Shown here piece by piece: positions 12,902 through 26,886 of a stretch of DNA of 64,000 nt. Within the stretch, counting starts at the first letter, position 1. The number at the start of each line of letters is the position of its first letter. The stretch is from Eledone cirrhosa (lineage: Eukaryota). The notes below the pieces were generated by a model. That model had not been told where the DNA came from. It was given only the letters and a program-made list of their open reading frames with translations, and searched no databases. A program made the position numbers and the translations under genes. The DNA lies in contig OZ024743.1 of the NCBI GenBank assembly GCA_964016885.1, forward strand, positions 259,470,001 to 259,534,000. The letters are read 5' to 3'.

Positions 12902-13636
12902 TGTATGTATGCATGTATGTGTGTATATATATACATACGTAATTATATATGTGTGTGTTTCTGTGTGTATGTATGTATGTATAAATATATTTGGTAGTGT
13001 ATAGAGTAATAAAATAATACATTTATGAAGTAGAATTGTTAGAAGTAATAAAGCCCTTGTAGTAACCTACATTCCGAGGGCTCACATACATTCTCTGTGC
13101 GTGATTTGGCTCAGTTCAGCCAATCAGCGCCAGTAGAAGAGGATGTATCCCTACGCGCCCTGAGGAAGAAATTCCCCGCGAAGGTTTGAAGAATCTCTCT
13201 CTTGTACCAGAAAATTCGAACCAGCAACACGCATAATGTAACGGTGAGATATTGCACCCTAGCCTCGCCGGCTTTTCGGCGCAATGGCACATTCCCTTTT
13301 GTAACCTCTTTTTATCTGTAACTTCAACCATATAAGTTAACAAACATTGTGCTACATCAAAAATAAACATACGTTTCATCTCTAATTTCTGCTGTTGAAA
13401 TCATTATTATGTTACTCGTGTCTCAATAACATCTGTGATCCATGCTGCTGGAATTGGCGACCTAACGAAAGGAATATTGTAAATACTAAGATGGTAAATA
13501 GATCGAGGGACCTTCCCTCACGTCTATGTCGACAAGATAATCCAACGAGGATACTATCACTTACCACACTGGCAACTAACGACCTTTCATTCAACTACCC
13601 TGCTAAACCCTGTTTAACACTTTGGTCACAAAATAA

Positions 13637-13835
13637 TAATTGTTTCTTCTTTAGGCAATTTTCTTCGAGGAGAAAGTCGATTAAATCGACCCCTGTGCAA
13701 TACTGGTGCTTTATTTTATCGGCCCCGTAAGGATGAAAGACAAAGCGAACCTCGACGGGATTTTAAATCAGAACGGAAAGGGCCGTAATTCTATGCCATG
13801 AAACATGTTATCCGACACTCTACCAATTCTTTCCA
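13637..13835 (-). mobile_element. Diverged SINE of the dominant family
   Basis: ctggtgctttattttatcggccccgtaaggatgaaagacaaag matches the family body. Confidence 0.75.
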
Positions 13836-14165
13836 CCACAATATATAATATTAAAACATTGTTTACAAATTAAATCTAGTACTTGTGTGTGTTACGTGGC
13901 TTAATAAGATATATATTTAGTTATTATTAAAAGCATAGTCAAACCGAACATGATAAAATATATTACCTCCATGTAATATTGAGGGATCATTCTTCTATTA
14001 TTAAGAATTCATACACAAGTATCAGTATCTATCTATTTTCTCTCTCACCCTGTTCTCCCCCCCTCTCTCTCTCTCTCTCTCTATCTCTCTCTATACACGC
14101 GCATATTTATATATTAAGGAGAGTGTATGTAGAGACACATATAAGCATATATACATACATACATA

Positions 14166-16285
14166 GGAATATGGCTACCGTCTGGTTGGACTACAAGAAA
14201 GCTTTCGATTCTGTTCCCCACTCTTGTATAATAGAGGCCCTCCGACTTTCTAAAGTCCCAGACATTATTACCAGAGCCATAGAGAAGCTGTCTTCTTCTT
14301 GGGCTACTATCCTAAAGTTAAAGACAGAGATGGAGGACTCTATTTTCACTGATAAAATAAAATATCACAGGGGTATATTTATCCTGCCATTAAACGCCTT
14401 GTTTTTTCTGCTTAAGAAATGTGAAGGATACATCATTGGCTCACGGGAGGACAGAAATACGAACCTAACCCATAATTTCTTTGTGGATGATCTGAAACTC
14501 AATGCCAAGAACATAGATGGGATGAAGAAAAATCTTAACCTGGTTAAAACATTCTCAAAGGATATAGGAGTAGAGTTTGGCCACGATAAATGCTCATATA
14601 TGACTGTAAAGCGGGGAAAAACTACAACTGAATCTAGCAACATTGTCATCAATGGCCTAACTGTTTCACCAATATCTGATGAGGACTACTACAGATACCT
14701 GGGGATAGCTGAGAACATATCCTATAATGGTATCTATAATAAGGAACGCGTAACCAAGGAATAACCCGATTATCGGAACTCTCATCGGAACTCTCTGCGC
14801 ACAACAATGTGTTTGCTGTGCCTGTCCTAACACGAACGTTTGGAATACTCAATTGTACAATAGACGAAATCTGAGCGATTGATGTTAGAACTCGAAAAAT
14901 ACTAAACAAAACCGGAAACTTCCACATCGACAGTGACATAGACCACCTTTACTTGAAACGCAAGCAGGGAGGCAGAGGCCTAACATCAGTCCAGGCAGCA
15001 TTTGAATGTCGCATCATATCCTTTCGACAACATCTACGAACCTCGAAGCGTAGGAGCCCGTCTCTCGAGAAAGTCTATCTGCATGAAACAGATAAGATCA
15101 TGAGAGTTGGGAAGGAACTCCTTGAAAAATATTCCCTGTGTGATAATCAAACACTCACACCCAGGGAAGTCGCTCAGCAGTCGCACAGTAAATCCATGGA
15201 TGAAAAACTGCATGTTTATAAGGAAAAAATCCTGCATGGATATGTTGCCAGGAAGCTCCAGAGTAAGAGTAGTATAGATAAAAAAGTAATCTATCTTGGA
15301 CCAACAACCGCTATATTGGTTCCCACTTTGAAGGATACGCTTTTGCAATCCAAGAACAGGAAATCAACACAAAATGCCTGATTCACAAAAGAGATAGGGA
15401 GGCAGGAAAAATACCTAGATGTGACAATAAGTGCAGACTCTGCAGAATTAACATCGAAGATGTCACCATGTCATAAGCAGCTGTCCAAAGATGTCATCGC
15501 GGTACTTTCTACCTATGAGGCATGATGTAGTGGCCAAAACACTGTACAATGCAATCCGTAGAAAAGATAGCCCCGATGGTAAACACCTTAAAAGCTACAG
15601 CAATGTAGAAGACATACATATACATAATATGAAAGAGTACTGGTGGAACGTTCCAGTAAAGCCCCAATAAAATGCAGGCATAACAGACCAGATATTATGA
15701 TATGGGACAGGGAAAAGAAGGCATGCTCAGTAGTGGAAGTTAGCTGCCCAGCAGACGCCAATATAATATCAAAGATTAGCGAAAAGGAGAATATTTATGC
15801 AGAACTAATGAGAAATCTGCAGAAACTCCACCCTGATTATACCTACAGGTTTATGCCTGTGATTATTGGGGCACTGGGATATGTTAGTAACTGCCTCAAT
15901 ACAAATCTTGAGAAGCTGGGCTTCACAGGAACAGAAATAACACAACTAGTTAGAAAATTGCAAGTATAATCCATTAATGGAACAGTAAAAATATGTAAAA
16001 CCTTCCAAATATTTTGCATCTAATAACTGCATATTTTTGCATCTAATAATTGCATCTAATAACTGCATGTACAGATACAAAACATATGCACATGCACACA
16101 TACAACTCAAAACATGAACATCCACACATACAATAACATCCATACCTACACATGCATGCATACATGCATACATATCTACCTAGTTGATGTTGTGTAAATT
16201 CCAATGAGAGAGTCTTGTGTCTATGTTAGAAATCGACTCGCTCTCTATTGGTAACAATTTGTGAAATTATAAAACCAGAAGATAC
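14166..16285 (+). mobile_element. R4/Dong-like RLE retrotransposon, 5'-truncated and decayed
   Basis: WLDYKKAFDSVPHS, FFVDDLKL, YRYLG, KRKQGGRGL, CRLC..E, RHDVVAK, RPDI..WD, VEVSCP (restriction-like endonuclease), then 3' UTR. Confidence 0.85.
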
Positions 16286-16309
16286 ACACATACACGCATG
16301 CATACACAG

Positions 16310-17400
16310 GGCTCAAAGTATTAGGATGATCGGGGCAAGGAGACTAATGCCCTTTGATGCATCTCCTAAAGAAATTCCTATTGCTTGGCCGACCTCACGC
16401 GCGGACTCCTATTAATAGCAAACATGCATGTAAAAGGCGAGTTACTGGGGCCTCAAAACCAGATAGCTCTGTGCAGATGGGTATCGTCAGCTATGGGAGG
16501 CAACCAATCATAAAACCATTAAGTTGGTGGAGCCCGGCAAAGCTCCAGGTTTCGACGATATTCCCCCAGGTGTTTGAATCAATGGTAGTCCATCCCTCAG
16601 CCTCAGATATCATGAATTTTTCATCTGTTGCTAGGAATATAGCACACGTTAGACATCTGCAATACAATCATTATCACCCTTTATAAGAACAAGGAGGAAA
16701 AAGAAGAGACATCACTCTACTCTTCACCCTGGCCCGAGCCCTGATCAATCGAGTATCACCTACCATTGCTGAGTACCATCTTCCTGAGAGCTAGTGTGGT
16801 GTTAGGGAAAATTGGGGCACCAGGTTCATGGTGTTTGTCATGATTTATCTTCAGGAGGAATGTCGCGAAAAAAACATATGTCGGTTGCCTGTGGTATATT
16901 CTGGAAAAGTTTGGATGCCAACCAAAGTTTCTCACCATGATCAGCCAGCTCCACTATGGGCAAATCAGTCAAATCAGACTTGGAAATGACCTCTCCCAAC
17001 CCTTTCAAATCATTAACGGCGTGAAGAAAAATTGCCTTCATGTCCCGAATCTGTTCTCATTATTTTTCAGCATGGTGGAGGATTGGCAGAATCGGTAGAG
17101 GGTCGGACACCATGCTTTGACGCATAGATTTACAGCCCTTGCCATTCTGAGTTCAAATCCCGCCGAGGTTAACTTTGCCTTTCATCCTTACGGGGTCGAT
17201 AAAATAAAGCACCAGTAATGCACACAGTAATTGCTGGCCTTGTGCCAAAAGTAGAAACAATTATTTTTCAGCATGATGCTGTAGCAAGCGACGAAAACAT
17301 GCAAGAAATCAAGGGCATCTGCATATGATTTCGCACCGATGGAAGCCTTATCATCTTGCGGTGGTTGCCGACACACACCAGGACCACAGAGGAGCCTTGT
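16310..17400 (+). mobile_element. Old internally deleted RTE-clade LINE interrupted by a SINE
   Basis: Hand translation gives IITLYKNK (~16670) and SQPFQIINGVKKNCLHVPNLFSLFFSMML (~16995 onward, continuing across the SINE), matching RTE RT. Confidence 0.6.
17075..17262 (+). mobile_element. SINE, full length
   Basis: A/B boxes and family body; TSD ttatttttcagcatg. Confidence 0.85.
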
Positions 17401-18659
17401 AGATGTATGTTAACATAGAATGCTTCATATGACTTCTCACTTTTGGCGCGGTTTATTTATGCAGTATATGTTCAATATCTTGTAGTGTGTTATATTGTCA
17501 AATGTATATAAGTAATCAACTTAAACCAAGCCTATGTTTTGCACTCCCGTTGCTTGGCTTCTACAAGTGCCTGCTATGACAGTGGGTGGTTTTACAACCA
17601 TGTTTCACTTTCCGGCAAAGTTTTTGTAGTAACATGTATTGAGCTCTTGTTCAAATTAATATTGTTTTTTTCTCAATAGCAGTAGATATTCAGGCGCTGA
17701 TTCTAACCTACTTACTAGCACATTGAATGTTGCTCATACATCAGGTGAGTCATATGAAGTTGGTGATTGTTTTCAATACTATGGGGTTTACCAGATATTT
17801 AAAAATCTTTATATGTAAGTTTGTGCATAGTCTGTTTCTCACATGTTATTTTTCAAATCATAGGAACATTAAGGGATATTTGATAATGGTCAAGCTAGCA
17901 GATGAACCAGGATGGATTCCTTGTCTAAATTTATTAAAGGCTGGGTTGATTAAATTCTTATCGTACGTTCCATGTAGATTTAGAGCCCATTGGCAAATTT
18001 CCGTTTGTTTTCCTCTTCATATCTGATGGCAATGGAATAATTCCCACTTCTTTCCATAATTGTATGCAGGTAGATTCAAACTTTCACCCTCCCTGTGTAC
18101 CGGCTGTGAATATAAATTCTGATGAGCTTTAGTCAACTGTTGCAGAGTGTGATAAATATTGTGTTTACTTATAATATTGCACACAAATATTCACAAGGGA
18201 TATACAAAAGTCAAGCGATTTTTTTTTAATATCACAAAATTAAACAAGAATAAAAGAATAACTATAAATTTTGTGCCATTTATATTTTCGTATGAGGATA
18301 AATCAATATTACCATAATGCTTTCTCCTTATGGTCCATCTAGTAGTGTGTTTCATTTCAAATGCAAAGTTGTGATAATGTTTAAATATGTGTGAAACATT
18401 GACAGACACGACAATTTTCAAAACAATAATTTGTTAGAGTGATTCTATCATTTCTTAGTTTTGGTTTATCACTTACGACTGATAAATACGAGTTGTCTGG
18501 GTTGTTGGTGTTATACTGAGAATCGTTGTCGTTGAGTTGTTGACGTTATAGTAAGAATGTGTAGAATGTTCGAATGTATGACGTAAAATGTTTTGTTTTG
18601 ACTCTGGAGACTCAATTTAAAAGAATGTTAAAAAGTTATAGTCTATACATAGATAAAAC

Positions 18660-18930
18660 AAGTAGCACTCCATCGGTTACGACGATGAGTGTTTCAGTTA
18701 ATACGATAAACGGAACAGCCTGCTTGTGAAATTCACGTGCACGTGGCTGAACATTCTGCAAACACGCATAGTTCTCAGGGTGACTCAACGGACACAGAAA
18801 GCTAGCCATCATTTTTGCCAGCTGAGTGAACTGGAGCAGCGTGAATAAAGTTTTTGCTCAAGAACAAAACGCGCCGGTGGAAATCAATTTAACGATCGTG
18901 AACCGACTATCATACCTACTAAGCCACGCG
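18660..18930 (-). mobile_element. Second, older SINE-like family
   Basis: Reverse complement resembles 32820-33110 (ccagt.cac.cagctg, gaatg.tcagc.ac, cgtcg.aa.cgatgga). Confidence 0.55.
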
Positions 18931-19043
18931 CCATCACACATAGATAAATACACAGACAAATACGCACATACACACGCACCACAGGCATGTATAAACACAA
19001 ATACAAAGGTACGTATGTACACACATACACTGGCACCACCAGA

Positions 19044-19264
19044 ATAATTGTTTCTACTTTAGGCACAAGGCCAGTAATTTGGAGAGAGGGGAAAGTCGAT
19101 TAAATCGACCCCAGTGCGTGACTGGTACTTTATTTTATCGATGCCGTAAAGATGAAATGCAAAGTTAACCTCGGCAGAATTTGAACTCAGATCATAAAAG
19201 GCCGTAACTCTATGCTACAAAGCATGGCGTCCGACCCTCTACCGATACTGCCAATCCACCACCC
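19044..19264 (-). mobile_element. SINE, full length
   Basis: Family body; TSD gcaccaccagaata. Confidence 0.85.
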
Positions 19265-19505
19265 TGCACCACCAGAATAGTCAAATCACATACGACTTTA
19301 AACGCATACGATCATGTGACAAGATTTAACCAATGAGAAATGCACTAAGTGTTTTGCAGATTCACTATATATTTTGTAACTGATCATACGTATAATTTAC
19401 GGGGGTAAAACTACAAGTAACACCTGGGTTAATTACAAACACCTTCATAATAATATAAACACTTTGTATGCATACACATGGTCATACACACGCAAACACA
19501 GCGCT

Positions 19506-19606
<101 letters not shown>

Positions 19607-19636
19607 CATTTATGTGTGTGTGTGTGTGTGTGTGTG

Positions 19637-19700
19637 TATGAAAGATTCAGGACCCCGACGGCTGAGCTCCGGCCGTTTCGACAGCTAGATTCAAGTTGTG
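19637..19700 (-). mobile_element. Fragment of the GCTGAGCTC inverted-repeat family
   Basis: ggaccccgacggctgagctccggccgtttcgacagctag is shared with 45075, 50390, 50821 and 60118. Confidence 0.7.
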
Positions 19701-19734
19701 TGTGTGTGTATATATATATAGTAATAATAATATA

Positions 19735-20034
19735 TTTGAAGACTAAAATCCAAAGAGGGATCGATAAGGATAAATATATATCAAATATATAAGAACCGTA
19801 GAGCAAATATTTATTAAAATAACAGATTAAAGTTTAAGCAAAGAATCGCTACTTTCACCCTTAACGGGATCTTCTGAAACTAAGAAAGTCAATCTGTGAC
19901 GCAGAAGTAAATATTTCAAAAAACGTTGCAATATTTACTTCTGCGTCACAGATTGACTTTTTTAGTTTCAGAAGATCCCGTTGAGGGTGAAAGCAGCGAT
20001 TCTTTGCTTAAACTTTAATCGGTTATTTTAATAA

Positions 20035-20037
<3 letters not shown>
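19735..20037. repeat. ~105-bp-arm palindrome with unpaired tail and degenerate HHR cores
   Basis: Arms ~19808-19915 and ~19930-20037; each arm reads CAGAAGA-U-CCC..GGG-U-GAAA. Confidence 0.8.
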
Positions 20038-20083
<46 letters not shown>

Positions 20084-20228
20084 AAGGTTAAACAAAGTTC
20101 AATGAATAAATCAAAGAACGCTATTTATCCACGACAATACAAATCTCCCTCCTTTATACTATAAAAATTATTCCTCCTTGTCTCTCTATCCTTGATCAAT
20201 TCTCTTTTGCTTTCTATACTGCTAGTAA

Positions 20229-20537
20229 CAATCTTTTCCCTCATCTGTTTCTCTCTGTTTTTCTTCTTTCTTCAATAATTTAAATTATTTGAATCTCTAA
20301 CAGTTATGTAAATTGCTATTATGTATTTTTAAGCTTTATCACACGCACCCTCTGTATTATATGTAATTTGTTCATGTCTCAATCTTTTTCCTCATCTGTT
20401 TCTCTCTGTCTTTCTTCTTTCTTCAATAATTTAAATTATTTGAATCTCTAACAGTTATGTAAATTGCTATTATGTATTTTTAAGCTTTATCACACGCACC
20501 CTCTGTATTATATGTAATTTTTTCATGTCTCAATCTT
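20229..20537 (+). repeat. 151-bp tandem duplication
   Basis: caatctt recurs at 20229, 20380 and 20531 with near-identical units. Confidence 0.9.
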
Positions 20538-20571
20538 AAGGTATATGAATATTGAGTTTTGTGCATCATCT

Positions 20572-20638
20572 TATTTTATCTGATGAAGACGTACTGTTGA
20601 AGATAGTTCAGTACCTCTGAAATATGTATAATAAAATA
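20572..20638 (+). ncRNA. Type-I hammerhead motif
   Basis: UAUUUUAU-CUGAUGA-AGACGUACUG...CAGUACCUCU-GAAA-UAUGUA-UA-AUAAAAUA; 8-bp stem I. Confidence 0.75.
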
Positions 20639-20677
20639 TACTTGATCACATGAATGTCTATTTTTGTTAATATTTTG

Positions 20678-20757
<80 letters not shown>

Positions 20758-20759
20758 CT

Positions 20760-20910
20760 TGGCAGAGTCGTTGGAACGTCGGATAGAATGCTTATATTAT
20801 TCATTCCGGCTCTCTGTTCTCGGGGTTAAAATCAAGCTGAGATCGACTTTGGCTTTCATCCTTTCGAGTTCGATAAAAAAAGTACCAGTCTAGTACTGAG
20901 ATCGATTCTT
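20760..20910 (+). mobile_element. Diverged SINE
   Basis: tggcagagtcgttgg...ctttcatcctttcgagttcgataaaaaaagtaccag. Confidence 0.6.
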
Positions 20911-21042
20911 CCACTAAATTTATTTCTCATTTCCTCTTTCTATCTTTCTCTGGTAGAGGGATGGGATCCGCCAAGTCTAAAATGCCCAAGAACAAGAATC
21001 GCCGTATGACGCCCCCACGACTCTATCAGGAGTTACAGGGCC

Positions 21043-23605
21043 ATACATACATACATGATGGCTGCCCCCTCGTTATCGAGTATGGCCATTGCACGAGAAA
21101 AAAAAAAATTAATAACAATAATAATAATAATAACAACAATAATAATAACGACAACAACAACAATAATAATATACATATATATATATACACACACACGCAC
21201 ACACATAAAGATATCTATACACACACACACATACGATAGCAATTAACCACGCTGCCATCGAATGTGACTTTTTAGCCCAGCCAATGATCTAAAATGTCTT
21301 GCACAAGTCGGCAACCAAAACATTCACTGGGAATAGCCGGCTGTGGTTGGGGTTCATGTACTTTTGCATGTCGATTGAGCCCTCCTGCTGATTTACATTC
21401 TCTACCACATGCTTGGCAAGCATGATGAGTAGCATCTCCAACAGCAGCCTGGTAGTCAACCACTGGTCTTACTTTATGACTGCGAAGATGACTTTCGAGT
21501 CTAGCTTTGCTTAAGAAGAGTCTCGCACAGACGCTGCATGTTAGCACCATGTTAGGACCCTTGCCGTCTGGAAGTGCAACAGCAATGCCCTTCCTCACAT
21601 CCCGCTTTACTTTCTCGTATGCGATTCGAGATGCCTCAAAGGCAACTTTTCCCTCATATACATTCTTTCTTCATTTATTATGATCAGCAGCAATATTTTC
21701 CCATGTATCAGCAGAGATGTTAGCGTCTTTCAGAGAGGCTTTCAAGGAATCCTTATACCTCTTTTTTGGTTTATGTGGCGGTCGTTTTCCTTTAACTAAC
21801 TCTCCATAAAAGAGTTGTTTTGGTATTCTAGAATCCTTCATCCTGCCAAGCTGACCACTCCAACGGAGTCGTTGCTTAAGCACAAGAGCTTCTATACTGT
21901 CACACATAGAGCTTTCCAAAATCTCGACATCACTGATGTGGCCCCTCCATTGAACGCCATGGATCCGTCTGAGACACATCTGATGGAAACGCTCCAATTG
22001 CTTAAGGTGGTGTCGATATGTGACCCAAGTCTCGCAGGCATAAAGAAGAGAAGAGAGTACACATGCCTTGTACACCTTTACCTTTGTCTTCTTGCATATG
22101 TCTCGCCGACCCCAGAATCGCCTTTCTAACTTTCCGAAAGCATCACTTGCTTTCCTAATCCTAAGTGAGATTTTACTATCAAGGTTGCTGTATCGATTGA
22201 CAGTGCTTCCCAGATAGACAAACAGATCAACCACTCCAAGTCGTTTACCATACACACAGATATTTGGTTCACTGTACTGCTTACCAGGGGTAGGTCGGTA
22301 TATGACGACGGTTTTCTTGAGACTGACTGTTAAGCCTAAGGCAGTGCAAGCGTCAGAAAATGCATTCAAAATGTGCTGCATATCACTCTCTGTGTACGCT
22401 ACAAGATCGCAATCATCTGCATACAAGAGGTCTCTTATGATTGATGTAAATACGTTTGTCTTTGCAGCAAAGCGCCTGATGTTAATTATGGTGCCTGAGG
22501 TTCGATATCGGATGTAAACACCATGCTCGCAATTCCTGAATGCAATACAGAAAACCATTGCAAAGTATATGGCAAACAGGGTCGGTGCTGGAATATCCCC
22601 CTGTTTCACTCCATGTTTTACTGAGATAGGCTCCGACATGTTACTTCCGACATTAACCCAAGCCTTCATGTCGTCATGGAAAGACCTAACTAAAGCAAGG
22701 AACTTATCAGGGCAACCAAGTTTCTGGAGAACCTTCCATAATGCATTTCTGTTAACAGTATCGAAAGCTTTTGTCAGATCGACAAAACCTGATATAGATC
22801 CAAACCTTGTTCCATGCACTTCTCCTGGAGCTGTCCAGCTGAGAAAATCATATTAGTAGTGCCGCGTCCAGCACGAAAATCAGATTGACTTTCAGGAAGA
22901 ATACAATCTGCAATGTGTGTCAGCAGACGGTCCAGAAGCACCCTACATAAAACTTTCCCTACGACAGAAAGCAACGATATACTTCTGTAGTTCCTCCAAT
23001 CATTCCTGTTACCCTTTCCCTTGTACAAGACCACCATTACTGCATCTCTCCAGTCCTCAGGTACGGATTCATTAGCCCATATCCTGCCAAACAAAGAGTG
23101 AAGATGTTGCAGGAGTCTCTCACCACCATATTGTAGGAGCTCAGCATGTATGCCATCCATACCTGGAGACCTTCCACTGTTCAGCTTCGATATAGCCACT
23201 GCAACCTCCACAAGCGTCGGAGGTTCTGCGAGAGCTACTTTCACAGGATTTTCTGGAATGAGATTGAGGAAATCTTCATTGACGACAGACGGCTGATTCA
23301 AAAGATCATCAAAGTGCTCTCGCCACCTTCGTAGAATTCCTTGTGAGTCAGGAAGAAGTTCTTTGCCATCTTGCTGCGAAGCGGTCTCACCAGAGAAGAA
23401 GACGGTCCATAAACTTCACGCAAGAGACTGTACAACAGCTTTGTGTTATTGGAATCTGACGCAGTTTATATCTCATCAGCCTTCTCACTCCACCACTGAT
23501 CCTTCATCTGAGAAAGACTCCGCCTAACACATCATTGAGTTGCTTATGCAACGTACTCTTCTCCGGTGGTTTTGCCGTCAAGTAGCGTGACAGAGAACGC
23601 CTCTT
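21043..23605 (-). mobile_element. RTE-clade LINE, 5'-truncated, with C-terminal C2H2 fingers
   Basis: RT in ORFs 22774-23301 and 21671-22819 (SPGMDGI, YRSISLLS, DLTKAFD, GVKQG, LYADD, FVYLGS); ORF 21272-21598 has two C2H2 fingers; RTE-type 3' end with (TGTA)n at 21043-21095, possibly a separate insertion. Confidence 0.88.
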
Positions 23606-23776
23606 ATCATACATACATATATTTATGGAGAATAGAATGGCTCTGCGGTTGCTAGTTAAGGTAGGATTTAAAATAATAGGAAGAAGAATAAGAATAAGAA
23701 GAATACGAAGAATCTACTGGGGCTCTCGGATATTTCAACGCTCACACACACAGACACACACACACACACACACACA

Positions 23777-23855
<79 letters not shown>

Positions 23856-24222
23856 TGTTGCGCGCGCACCCCACATCTCCCCTCGTCCGACCAATCTCTT
23901 CACGGATTACACATATGTGAACATCGATCCCTAGAATCCAACACATCCCAAGGATATTACTCAGCATTTCACCACATCGTCTACGGAACTACCTTAAGGA
24001 CTCACCCCCAAAAATTGTTTCCCCACACGCCACATACATCCACAACACGCATAAACACCACACACACACGTGCGAACCACCACATATTTACACATTCAGC
24101 CTCCGGAATCCTCTCCCCCCCACCCCTCTATCCACACACGCACACAGACTCCGACCTACGCCCCACCCCACACACACCTCTTCCTGAACATGCAACCCCG
24201 TTCTTCTCTCAACTCTTACTTT

Positions 24223-24265
<43 letters not shown>

Positions 24266-24517
24266 CTACAAACACACACCACCTTCAGCCCTCCCCGCTC
24301 GGACACCTCGCCTCCCGCTCTCCACTCCACCCGCCACCACCCTACACTCCCCTCACCCTTCCACCACCTGTTTTACTTCATGTGTATTTTTATTTTTATT
24401 TTTATCATGCTTTTATATTTAATTTCATTTGTACCGTTTCCTCTCACCCCTTTTTTTCTATATGTCTCTCCACCACTCCCCTACACACCATTGGAACTCT
24501 CTTCCCACACACTTTTC

Positions 24518-24549
24518 ACCTGAAGAAGGGCTTATGCCCGAAACGTCGT
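24518..24549 (+). ncRNA. Minimal hammerhead motif of PLE type
   Basis: CUGAAGA-A-GGGC UUAU GCCC-GAAA-CG-UC; stem I only 2 bp; followed by AATAAA and (TA)n. Confidence 0.65.
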
Positions 24550-24632
24550 TCCCCACCACCTCACTCTCAAGAGCGTGAAACTAATAAACCTTTGTTCGTA
24601 CTGCCTCTCTGTTTTGTTCCCGTTCAATTTTT

Positions 24633-24662
<30 letters not shown>

Positions 24663-24667
<5 letters not shown>

Positions 24668-24930
24668 AAGACAAACATAGAATATTCGAAAATATTCTGT
24701 ATGTTTATAATAAACATTTTGAAGACCTAATCGCTATAGAATAGAATACGTCACGTATTACAATTTGAGATTCTCGATAAAAGCAAGGGAAGTAACCTAC
24801 GCGTTTCATTCTTATTAGAAATCATCAAATTGTAATACGTGACGTATTCTATTCTATAGCGATTAGGTCTTCAAAATGTTTATTATAAACATACAGAATA
24901 TTTTCGAATATTCTATGTTTGTCTTCACAT
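24663..24930. repeat. Perfect ~105-bp-arm palindrome with an HHR motif in the spacer (minus strand, ~24793-24832)
   Basis: Arms 24663-24769 and 24825-24930; minus strand UUGAUGA-U-UUCU AAUA AGAA-U-GAAA-CGCG-UA. Confidence 0.8.
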
Positions 24931-24958
24931 ATATATCGCTATTTCAGAGCATTAAATC

Positions 24959-25068
<110 letters not shown>

Positions 25069-25515
25069 GTAAGTTAAAAGCATAAACGTTTTTTTTTTAA
25101 CTATGTAGAATATTCCATCCGCGCGATATGTTAAACGGTTTCGTTTTGTGTGTTATTTATCACCGTTTTTCTTTCGCTTTGCTATTGTAATGACAATCGG
25201 TAGCAACTTCTAAATGTCTTCGCAGTAACATTGCCATTGTAGTTGACTGCCTTTATATATGTGAGTGTGCCGGTCTATCTATTTGTTAATAACCGCCCAT
25301 TTACAAGGATCTAATGGTTTAGACCTATGAGATACCGTGACCCGAATGGGGGTGGCTAGCGGGTAATATGCCTTGCCAAAGGGCAACCCGTGTTCCGTAC
25401 AGCACTGCTTATACTGTATATTCGAAATTAATCTTTATTCGCAATCCAGGGAGCCGGGGGTCGTATTATATGAGATATAGTTATCAAATAATGATATGTA
25501 ATAAAAATATAGCTT

Positions 25516-25561
<46 letters not shown>

Positions 25562-25776
25562 GTGTGTGTGTGTGTGTGTGCGTGTATGTGTGAGGGTGGG
25601 TGTGTGTGTGTGCGCGCGCGTGTATATATATATATGTGTGTGTATATATATATGTGTGTCTATGTATGTATATATATATACATATTTTAGTCTTCAAATT
25701 TATTATTATTACTATATATATATAGTGTAAAGAAAACGAAAAATCAATGAATCATATATATATATATATATATACA

Positions 25777-25950
25777 ATAATTGTTTCTACTTTTGGCACA
25801 AGGCCAGCAATTTCCCAGTGTATTACTGGTACTTTATTTTATCGACCCCCGTAAGGATGAAAGGCAAAGTTAACCTCGGCGGGATTTGAACTCAGAATGG
25901 CAAGGGCCGTATATCTATGCGTCAAAGCATGGCGTCCGACCCTCTACCGA
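25777..25950 (-). mobile_element. SINE
   Basis: Family body and tail. Confidence 0.85.
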
Positions 25951-26181
25951 CAATAATGAGAGGTACACAAATATATGTGTATACATACATATACATGCAT
26001 ATATACACATACATGTTTCACAGGTATGTGAGATTGTGTGTTGCCAACCTTAACCAGTGTTGTTCTATGACTATGAGAGACAAGATAATCGAAATAATTA
26101 AATTGACTCTATATCAGAGCTATGTAATATATTATAAAGTAAGAAGAAATATACATAAATAAAAACCCATTTTTTCTTCAA

Positions 26182-26275
26182 ATTCCCGACTGTACAGTTT
26201 CGTGGCTACTATGCAAAAATCCTATATCATAGAGATGTAACATTTTTGTGAGGTATGCCGACTTTTCAAGTGAAC
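26182..26275 (-). ncRNA. Type-I hammerhead motif, U3:A8 variant
   Basis: GUUCAC-UUGAAAA-GUCGGCAUAC...GUAGCCAC-GAAA-CUGUACAG-UC-GGGAAU; palindromic stem III, GUC site. Confidence 0.65.
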
Positions 26276-26362
26276 ACCTCATGGAAATATATATTTGTGT
26301 GTGTGTGTGTTTATTTATATATGGGTGTATGTGTGTATATATGTGTATATATGTGCTTATAC

Positions 26363-26444
<82 letters not shown>

Positions 26445-26475
26445 ATGTATGTGTATATATGTGTATATGTGTGTG

Positions 26476-26514
<39 letters not shown>

Positions 26515-26588
26515 GTATATATATGTATATATATATGTATATGTGTATGTGTGTATATGTATATATATGTATATATGTATATATATGA

Positions 26589-26650
<62 letters not shown>

Positions 26651-26811
26651 GTACGTATGTGTATCTATGTGTATATATGTGTATGTATATTTATATATAT
26701 ATATATGTGTGTGTGTATGAGTATATATATATATATATGTGTGTGTGTGTATGTGTGAGCTTATATGTATATGTGTATATGTGTATGTATGCGCATATAT
26801 ATATATATTAA

Positions 26812-26886
<75 letters not shown>

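Noticed and set aside
19735-20037. Palindromes as MITEs or miRNA hairpins
   Set aside because: Asymmetric tails, variable centres and HHR cores fit inverted pLTRs better; an assembly artefact is not fully excluded for the perfect ones
21272-21598. Host C2H2 zinc-finger gene
   Set aside because: Collinear with and directly downstream of the RTE RT, so it is the element's C-terminus
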